NCBI GenBank assembly: GCA_014905635.1
Contig: JABVCE010000002.1
Coordinates: 2,728,001 to 2,759,038, forward strand
From: Scenedesmus sp. PABB004
Taxonomy: Eukaryota
DNA length: 31,038 nucleotides
Direction: 5' to 3'
Part shown: positions 22,833 through 31,038 of the stretch, piece by piece
How positions within the stretch are numbered: the first letter of the stretch is position 1
Layout: each line of letters opens with the position of its first letter
Notes under the pieces: model-generated
What the model was told of the DNA's origin: nothing
Databases searched by the model: none
The model's input: the letters and a program-made list of their open reading frames with translations, nothing else
Position numbers and translations under genes: made by a program

Positions 22833-23668
22833 CTCGTGGTGCGGCGGTGTGGTTGAGGGCCGGCACGTTTGCATTGGGTTTTTTTGTGCGCGAAGCTCGC
22901 GCTGCAAGCAGCGGCTTGCATTGAAACTGGCGGATCCGTCCACACTGCCCGCTGCGCGCTGTGTTGTCGGCGCGCTGCTCGGGTCGAGAATAGTGCAGTT
23001 GGTGAGTCGCAAGCTGGTTGGTTGCTCGCAGAACTTGGCGGGACTGGCGCGGGTCCCTGACGCGTGCGGCTGCGGTCCCGCAGCAGAGCCCGGCCGCCGA
23101 GGCCGGGAGGCCACTCGCACGGCTGAGCTCAGCCGCGAGACTCGAGGCGCCAGCCTGCCGGCCGCCCCAGGGTGGAGGCAAGGCACTGCAAATGTTGCCC
23201 ATGCCCTGCATTGACTGTTGAGGCGCCTGCCAGCACAGGCGTGCTGCGCACTCTGGCGATTGAGCTGGCCGCTGTGCACAGGCTGCAAACTGGCCACGGC
23301 ACTAGCAGTTGACAGCTTAGCTTTGGCGCGCCTGGCCGGGCGCTGGGCGGTGCGCGCTGAGCAGCGGCCCCGACGCGCGTGCGCTGCAACATGACCCACA
23401 CGCCGCGGGCGCCACAGCCAGGAGCAGCAGCACGGAGCCACCGCAGCATCGGCTGCCGTGTGGTTGGTGTGGTGATCCCGCCCCCTCGCCCTCGCCCGCG
23501 GCGCAGCGCGGCCCCGGAGACGCGGCGCCGAGACGCGGCGCGCGCCGCCACCTGCCGCCCCGCGCCTTTGCCCCACCAATCTCCCCTCCCCGCCGACCGC
23601 ACCCGGACGCCCGCCCGACGCGCCCGCCCGCCCGCGCCCGCCTGCCACACGCGCGAGCAGCGGCCACG

Positions 23669-25191
23669 ATGCAGGCGTTCGCCAGCGCCCGCGCCGCCGG
23701 CGCGACCAGCAGTCGCGCCGCGGCGCCATCGCGCCGGGCAGTGGCGGGCAATGCACACGCGCCCCGCGCGCCGGCGGGCGCCCTGGCCGCGCGCCCCGCG
23801 CCGCGCCCCAGCGCGCAGCGCGCGCTGCGCCGCAGCCTGGTCGTGGCAGCAGGTGGGCGCCGGAAATCCCACCACACCGCCGCGGCGCGGCCGGCCGGCG
23901 CGGCGTGGGGGCGCCGGGGCGGCCGACTGATGGATTGCGATGCGGCCACCCGCGCCCCCCACCGACGCGCCCCGCCCCGCGCCGCAGCGTTCTCGCCTCC
24001 CACGGTGGCTGACACCAAGCGCAAGTTCGTGGAGGCCTACAGCCGCCCCATCCCGGCCATCTACAACACCGTGGTGCAGGAGCTGCTGGTGCAGCAGCAC
24101 TTCATCCGCTACGGCATCAACTACAAATACAACGCGGTGAGCAGCCGCCGCCTGCGCCCGCCGGCGCCGCCGCGGCGCTGGGCGCACGGCGCGCGGGGGA
24201 CAGCGCGGCGTCGGCGGCAGCGGCGGGCCGCGCAGCTTGCGGCACCCGCGCGCTTGCAGCCGGGAGCCGGCGCTGCGCGCACGCCTTGCGCGGGCGCGCA
24301 GGCGCGCTGGGCACCGCCGGCGACACTGCCGGCGCGCCGCCCACGCCGCCCCGCCCGGGCGCCCGCCCGCGCGTCGCGTCGCGCGCGTGCGGCAGGTGCA
24401 CGCGCTTGGCTTTGTGAGCGTGTTTGACCAGATCCTGGACGGCTTTGACGGCGGCGACAAGGAGCTGATCTTCACCTCCTACGTCAACGCGCTCGGCGAG
24501 GACCCCGCGCGCTACAGGGTGCGGGAGAGGGGCGCTGCACTGCGCGCGCCGCGCCGCGCGCGCCGTGCGGCCTCTGCCAGGCGGCGGGGCGCGTTGCCGC
24601 GCCGCTGGGCGCGGGCCCCGCGCTCACTGCGCTCACCGCGCTCACTGCCGCGCGCGGGGTGCCGCGCACGGGGTGCCGCTGCAGGCGGACGCTGAGAAGC
24701 TGGAGGCGCAGGCGCGCGGGCTGTCTGGCCCCGACGGCCTGGTGCCGGACGCGGCCGGCAGCGAGCTGCAGGCGGCGCTGGCGGAGGTGGCAGCAGCCAC
24801 GCAGGCCGGTACCTTTGCGTACAACCGCTTCTTCGCGGTGGGGCTGTTCAGGTGCGCGCGCGCAGCGCGCAGCGGCGGCGGCGGCCGGCCGCTCGTGCGC
24901 TCGCGCAGACGCCTGACGCCGCGCCTGCGCACGCGCGCCGCTGCGCTGCGCAGGCTGCTGGAGCTGACGGGCGCCAAGGAGCCGGCGGCGCTTGAGAAGC
25001 TGGTCAATGCGGTGGGCGTGGCGCCTGCGTCTGTGAACAAGGACCTGCTCATGTACAAGGGCGTGCTGTCCAAGCTCAGCTCGGCCAAGGAGATGATGCG
25101 CGACTTCCTGGAGCGCGAGCGCAGGAAGCAGCAGGAGAGGGAGGCGGAGCGCGCGGCCAAGGAGAAGGCCGAGGCGCCCGCGCAGGCGTGA
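23669..25191 (+). CDS. THF1: THYLAKOID FORMATION 1 / Psb29, chloroplast-targeted (~286 aa). Exons 23669-23852, 23988-24136, 24396-24518, 24685-24851, 24954-25191
   Basis: Ala/Arg/Ser transit peptide, then PTVADTKRKFVEAYSRPIPAIYNTVVQELLVQQH, ALGFVSVFDQ, ALGEDPARYRADA, YNRFFAVGLFRLLE, VNKDLLMYKGVLSKL. Confidence 0.95.
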
Positions 25192-25517
25192 GGGGGCCGG
25201 GCCGCTGGGGGACCTGGGGTGCAGCGACGGGCGCCGGGCCTACGCGCTGTGCACGTGCAAGACACACACTTGCAGGCGTGTGCGGCGGAGTTGCGCCGCA
25301 GCGCGGCGCCGGCGCAGGCGCGCGGCAGAGCGCGCAAGCTGCGGCGCGCGCGCATTTTCTTGTTTGCGGGGCGCGGCCGCCCAGTTTTCACCCTCGCGGT
25401 GCGCTCCGACCGCGCTCGGGATTGGCGTGGCGCACACGGTGAAGAATCGGACTCGGTTGAGTAACCGCCTGGCCGTGACCCGGCCGCGCCCGCCTGCGCA
25501 GCCGCCCGCCCGCTGCA

Positions 25518-27577
25518 TCACCAGTCGCGCGCGTCGCCAAAGCCGTCGTGCTCCGCAGCAGCCGCCGCACTCGGGGCCTGCCGCCGCTTGGCCTGCCCGC
25601 TGCGCCGCGAGCCGCCGCCCACTGCGCCGCCGCGCCTCCGGGGGCCTGCCGGCAAGGCTTTGGACACCCCGCCGCTGGGCGCGCCAGGCAGGCCGGCCTG
25701 CCGTGGCGTCCCCGCGCGCGGGGCGGCGAGCTGCTGCTGCGGGCCGCTCCAGAGCACAGCGCCGGGCGCAGACGCAGCCGCGCCGCCGTGCGCGCCGCCG
25801 CCGAGGCTGGCGGGCAGCACGCTGCAGCGCGAGTCCTCGACGACCACTGCGCAGGGCAGGCCGCGGGGCATCGCAGGTCAGCACAACTCGTGCGCGCGAG
25901 ACGAGGCCGAGCGCGCAGCAAGCCGTCGCGCGGCGCGGCGCGCACCTGAGCGCCGGCCGGGGACCAGGCGGCCGCCGCTGGCGCTTGGCATGGCCTCCTG
26001 CACCTCCCGCAGCACGAGGGTCCGCCCGACCGCCGCGCCGCGCCCCGGGGCGCCCCCGCCGCGCAGCGTATGTGTGACCGTCATCTTGCTCACCACCAGC
26101 CGCCCGCGCCGCGCCGCGCCGCCGCTGCGGAGCCCCTCCGCTGCGGCGCCCACGCCCTGCTGTGGCGCGTGCTGGGGCACGTGCACGGCGTGGTGGCTGC
26201 CAGGCTGGCACGGCGCGCCGCGCGGGTCGGGGTCGTCCGGCTCCTCCACGATGTAGGCCTGCCCGGGCGGCAGCCGCGCCGAGCTGGGGGCCTGGTGGGG
26301 CGGCGCCAGCAGGGTCGCGCACGTGGCGGGCAGCGCTGCCGCCTGCCGCGGGGCAGGTGCCGGGCCCAGGGCTTGGATGGTCTTGGCGAGGCTCTGCAGC
26401 TCCTGCCGCTTGCGCGCGACCTCCTGCTGCCTGTGTTGCAGGGTGGTTGCTGCCCTCGTGAGGGCAACGTCCTGCGCTGCGATGCTGGGAGGTGGCGTAG
26501 AGGGTGGCAGGGCGGCAGGCAAGCGTGACACGCGGCCGCGCTCGACCGGCGCGTGCAGGCGCCACCACCGTCACCGCGCCGCCACCTGCACACCACCGCA
26601 CGCGCTCACCTGCACTGCATGCTGCGCAGCTGCGCCTCGCGGTCCGAGATCTCACGCCGCAGCCTGGGCAGCTGCGCCCCCGGTCCCTCGCTGCTTGCCT
26701 GCTCCAGCTGTGCCAGCAGCTCGCTGCTGCTGGCTGACTCTGCCGCGATTCGCTGCTGGAGCTCTGCGGCAGCGGCGGGCGGCACATGCGCGCAGTGCGC
26801 ACCGCCCCGCTGGCGCGGACGACGCTGCCAGCGCCGCCGCCGCTGGCGGCGTGACAGGGGGACGCTGCCACGCAGCCGCACCCACCTTGGACGCAGGAGC
26901 GCGCGTCCGCGACCTGCTGCTGCAGCTCCTCCGCAGCAGCCGCCGCCTGCGCGGTTTGCTTGCGCGCCGCGAGCGCGCGCTTGGCAGCGTCGTGCGTGCG
27001 GCTCTGCGCGGCGTCCGCCTGGCGCGCGACGGCGGCCTTACGCTCCGCGATCTGCTCGGCGCCAAAGCTGGCCGCAAAGGCGTCCGCGCGGGCCTCACAC
27101 GCGTCCACCAGCGCGTGCGCAGCCTGGTGCAGCTCTGCGACGTCGTCCTGCATGGGCGAGGAAGCGGCGCGCGTTGGCGGCGGCGCGCACAGGCGACGGC
27201 GGTGACGGCGCGCCCCTGGCGGCACGGCGCGCTGGCCGTCGGCTGCGCCATCGCGCGGCAGGGCCCCGGAGCCGCGCGCCGCGTTAGCGTGAGCAGCGCG
27301 CCTGCAGGCGCTGCTTGCGCGCGGCCGCGGTCGCTGCCTGCTCGGCGAGGCAGTCCCGCAGCGCCGCCAGGTCGTCCTGGCCGTCCTGCTCCGCGTGCAG
27401 CACGGCGCGCGCCTCCGCCGCCTCTGCCAGGAGCGCGCGCGTCGCGGCGCGCCGCTCTGCGCAGCGCTGCCGCAGCTGCGCGCAGAGCAGCAGATCGCCC
27501 CTCACGCGGCCGTCCAGGCCGTCGAGACCGGTCTGGACTGCCGCTAGAGCGGCGCTGAGCTTGGCGAGCTGATTCAT
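25518..27577 (-). CDS. Hypothetical protein with a long N-terminal coiled coil and disordered C-terminus (~519 aa). Exons 27577-27302, 27147-26886, 26763-26610, 26484-25946, 25846-25518
   Basis: Four phase-consistent introns (first is GC-AG) join heptad-like A/E/Q/L/R-rich segments. No family recognised. Confidence 0.65.
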
Positions 27578-28048
27578 TCGGCCGCTCGCACGCCGCTGCT
27601 GTTGCTGCGGTCCCGAGCCTGTGCGGCTGCGATTGCGGTGCCGGCCGGCGCCGAGACGCGGTGCGTTGGCAGGATGTGTCTGGGTCCAGCCGGGGATAGG
27701 GGCGGCGCTTGTGGGCGCCGCGGCGGCGCGGCGCGCGCCCAAACCGCAGACCCCGACCGCCGCTCTGTCTGTCGCCGAGCGGTGCCCTTGCCGTGCTCAT
27801 TGAGCTTTGAATTCGAGTGGCTAACCACACGCGGCCAGGACCGGCTGCTCAGGGCGCCCTGCAGCCCGCGGCGCTGCGCGAAGCCGCCCGCTGACCGCCT
27901 CTCCGCCCCGCCTGCACGGCCACCGGCTGGCAACAGCGGCAGGCTCTTGCAGATTAAGGCGCTGCAAACGATCAGCTTCGAGCGACCGCAGGCCGCCAGG
28001 GCCCCCCCGCTGCGCTGCGCGCCGCCGCAGCAGCGCCGGTGTCGCAGG

Positions 28049-30657
28049 ATGGCACGCAGGGCTGCCGAGTCCTGGATGTGGCAGGTCTACAGCCACACGG
28101 TGCGGTCAGGCCCTTCGGCACGCCCTGGGAGCGCGGCGCGGCGCCGCCGCTGCCCAACGCCGCCGCACGCCGCGCCGTGCGCCGCCGTGCAGCGCGCGGC
28201 GAGCCCGGACTCGCTGTTCACCTACTTCAGGGGCGCGGCGCGGGGGGAGGACCTGACGGTGAGGCGCTGCAGCGCGTCCAACGGCGGCGCGGCTGGCTTG
28301 CGCCCGCTGCCGGCACCGACTGCCCGGCCGGCGCGCGCGCCGCCTGCGCCGCGACCGTGCCGCGGCCGTGGTCAGGCCGACATCATCAACATGGTCAGCG
28401 CCGCGGTCAAGGCGGTGCTTCCGCCGGGCGGCGCCACGCTGCACGCGCTCGAGGAGGACGGCGGCGCGGGCATGGAGGCGGCGGCGTGCGCGACGTCCCT
28501 CTACTACACGTGCGAACTTGCGCACGGCTGCGCACCTCAGGGCGCAGCACGGGCGGCCGGGGCGCCGCACGCGGCATGGCGCGCGGGGTCGGCCCTCATA
28601 ACCCTGCCGCACGCCCGCCGGCGCCCGCCGCGCTCGCAGCGTGGCGGAGCACCTGCTGCGGCAGCTCTTCCCCCTCGTGCCGCCGGCCACCGGCGCCGGC
28701 CGGTTCAAGGGGCTGGTCAAGGCGCCCGCCGACCCCGCCTGCCACGAGCTGGTGCGGTGCGAGGAGTTCCACCTGCCCCTGGTCGAGGTGGCGCTGCACC
28801 TGGTGTCCCTAGTCGCCGGCCGGGGCGGCCCCGACGCGACCGACATGCTGCAGCGCGGCGCCCACGCGCCGTCGCTCTGGCAGGCGTGCCGGTGCGCGCG
28901 CGGCGGCGCTGCGCCGCGGTGGCCCCCGCGGCGACGGCAAGCCGCAGCCCCGCTCCAGCCCTGGCAGCACCAGCTGGCGTGTGCGCTCCTGCGTCGCCGG
29001 CACTGGGGGCGCGCGCCCGCACTGCGCGGACCGCCTGCCGCCGCCGCTGCCGCCACGCGCGGCGTGTGCGCAGGAGCTTCCAGGAGTGCTTTGGCGCCGA
29101 CAGCCCCTGGCCGCTGCCTGCTGAGCTGGACCTGGAGCTGCAGCGCATGCAGGACTCGCTCCTGGACGCGCGCGCCCTGGCCTCAGGCTCGCAGCTTTTC
29201 AGCATCCTCGTGCAGGGTGCGGCGCCGTGGCGCGCCCACGGGCTCGCCTCGCCGCCGCCGCTGGCGCAGCCGTCGCCGCGTCCGCACGTGACCGCTGCTG
29301 CGTCACCTGCCGCGCGTGCAGGGGGCGGCGCGCACTTCAAGCCCGGGGACGCCTCGCTCGCCGGGCACGTGCTGCAGGCGTATGCGCACCGGGTGCGCGC
29401 CGCCGAGACCCGCGGCCAGGGGTACTCGCCGGACGCGCTGATCAGCGCGTCCGGCGAGTGAGCGCGCCTGCGCAGCACGTGCTGAGGGCTGACTGCCGTG
29501 CGCGCTTCGCGCCGCCGCCGCAGGCGATCAGCCGAGCCCAGATGGCCGGCTGGCAGGTGCTGCAGGGCGCGCTGGCGGCGCCCGAGCAGCCCGCCGCGGC
29601 GCGCGCGCTGCATGAGCAGTGCGCGTGGGTGATGGACCGCCTGCTGATGGAGCACCTCGACCTCTGCTTCGGTGGGTGGCGGGCGGGCGGGGGGAGGGCG
29701 GCCGCCGCGCCCAGCGGCGGCGGCCTGCACCCGCAGCGCAGCCCGGCCCCCGCTCACCCGGCACGCCATGCGCGCGGTGGGCGCGCCCCCGCCCCGCTCA
29801 CACGCTGGCCTGCAGGCCAGCACATGTCGGTGGTGGTTGCGTGCGTCGTGTACGTGGTGGCCAAGGTCGCGCGGCTGAGCGTCACGTTCCAGCGCATCAC
29901 GGAGGCGCGCGGCGCCGCGGCGCGCGGCGCACGCTGATCGCGCGATCGCTCAGCGGCCGCGTGCCGCGGCCAGCTCACGCGCGCGCCCGCTGTTTGCTGC
30001 GTGTCCGCGGCCAGGTGCTGGCGCGCGACGGCACGCCGCCCGACGTGTTTGAGCGCGCCGAGCTGCACTTTGAGCCCGTCGCGTCGCGCCAGCGCCGCGG
30101 CGACGTGAGGACGTTCTACAACACACGGTGCGCGCCGCCGGCGCCGGCGCGTGACCATGCGGGAGGAGGGGCAGCAGTGCGCGCCTCGACCCACACGGGC
30201 GCGCCCGCTGGCGGGCGCCGCGCCCTCGGCGCGCAGCTGGCCCAGCCTCAGCAGCCGTGGCGTCGCCTGCGCGCCCGCGCGCCGCCGCAGGTTCCTGCCC
30301 GCCGTGGAGCGCAGCGTGCACGCGTACCTGCAGAGCTACGCCGCAGCCGGCGACGCCGCGGCCGAGGAGGAGACGGCGGGCCTCGCGCCGAGCGGGGACG
30401 CGGCGACGCCGCGCGCGCGGCGGGGCGGCAGGCAGCCCCTTGCGCGCGTCGACGCCAACTCGCAGCCGCTCGCCGGCGCGCTGCTGCCGAGCGGCGCTGC
30501 CAAGGCACCGGGCGGCGAGCGCGCGCGCACGGCGCCCGCGCCGGCGCGCGCCCGAGGCGGCGTGGTCAGCCCGGGCTTGTTCATGTTGAGCGGCGCGGCG
30601 CCGCCGCCCGGGGGCGCGCGGCAGCCCGGCTTCTCGCCGGCACGCACGATGCGCTGA
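28049..30657 (+). CDS. Divergent retinoblastoma-related (RB/MAT3-like) pocket protein with A and B boxes only (~477 aa). Exons 28049-28099, 28193-28258, 28376-28509, 28640-28891, 29074-29216, 29322-29392, 29524-29671, 29816-29904, 30015-30127, 30291-30657
   Basis: RB_A-like blocks: ATSLYYTVAEHLL, LVRCEEFHLPLVEVALHLV, LPAELDLELQRMQDSLLDARALASGSQLFSIL. RB_B-like blocks: LLMEHLDLCFGQHMSVVVACVVYVVAKVARLSVTFQRI and GDVRTFYNTRFLPAV. The exons sum to 1434 nt in frame. A short extra 5' exon is possible. Confidence 0.82.
29424..29459. repeat. Perfect 36-bp palindrome with no loop, in intron 6 of the RB-like gene
   Basis: ACTCGCCGGACGCGCTGA|TCAGCGCGTCCGGCGAGT is its own reverse complement. Confidence 0.97.
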
Positions 30658-30661
30658 GCGC

Positions 30662-30666
30662 TGTAA
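30662..30666 (+). promoter_or_regulatory. Putative chlorophyte polyadenylation signal TGTAA for the RB-like gene
   Basis: TGTAA begins 5 nt after the stop codon. UGUAA is the established poly(A) signal in Chlamydomonas and relatives. Confidence 0.6.
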
Positions 30667-30700
30667 GCGTGCCGCGTCGGTGCTGAGCGGCCCCGCTCGA

Positions 30701-31038
30701 GGGTTAGGGTTCTAGGTTTTAGTTTTTAGGTTTAGATTTTAGGGTTAGGTTTTAGGTTTAGGTTAGGTTTTAGGTTTTAGGTTTTAGTTTTAGGGTTTAG
30801 GTTTTAGGTTTTTAGGTTTAGGTTTAGGGTTTAGGTTTTAGGGTTTAGGTTTTAGGTTTTAGGTTTAGGTTTTAGGTTTTAGGTTTTAGGTTTAGGGTTT
30901 AGGGTTTAGGGTTTAAGGGTTTAGGGTTTAGGTTTTAGGGTTTAGGGTTTAGGGTTTTAGGGTTTAGGGTTTAGGGTTTAGGGTTTAGGGTTTAGGGTTT
31001 AGGGTTTAGGGTTTAGGGTTTAGGGTTTAGGGTTTAGG
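30701..31038 (+). repeat. Telomere: proximal degenerate variants (TTAGG, TTTAGG, TTTTAGG, TTTTAGGG) grading into (TTTAGGG)n
   Basis: G-rich strand runs 5'->3' to the end of the window, the correct orientation for a right chromosome end. Confidence 0.97.

Noticed and set aside
1..30701. CTCGAG at position 1 and immediately before the telomere, suggesting an XhoI cloning artefact
   Set aside because: The site also occurs internally (e.g. ~3204, ~6011) and is common in GC-rich DNA.
1..31038. Many long overlapping Arg/Ala/Pro/Gly-rich ORFs on both strands (e.g. 4022-6280, 9859-12075, 19545-22265)
   Set aside because: Stop codons are rare at this GC content. These are antisense or off-frame shadows of the real spliced genes, or read-through across introns.

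Overview
Right-hand end of a nuclear chromosome from a very GC-rich green alga. The intron style, UGUAA poly(A) signal and (TTTAGGG)n telomere suggest a chlorophyte such as a Selenastraceae/Sphaeropleales species (inference). Most long ORFs in the six-frame track are GC-bias artefacts, so genes were rebuilt by hand from splice sites. In order: 3' end of a class II CPD photolyase (+); secreted Pro-rich protein (-); a 560-bp duplicated myosin fragment; a myosin XI-type motor with about 10 IQ motifs and no DIL tail (-); SR45a/Tra2-like RRM protein (-); EXO84 (+); a nest of three non-LTR retrotransposon 3' ends; a cyclic-nucleotide phosphodiesterase (+); a large secreted protein with ~29-aa repeats (+); THF1/Psb29 (+); an unknown coiled-coil protein (-); a highly diverged, pocket-only retinoblastoma-like gene (+) ending ~43 bp before the telomere. 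Highlights are the minimal RB-like gene at the telomere, frequent GC-AG introns (about 6 of ~44), a 35-bp retro-insertion with a 12-bp TSD inside a related element's tail, and a perfect 36-bp intronic palindrome.
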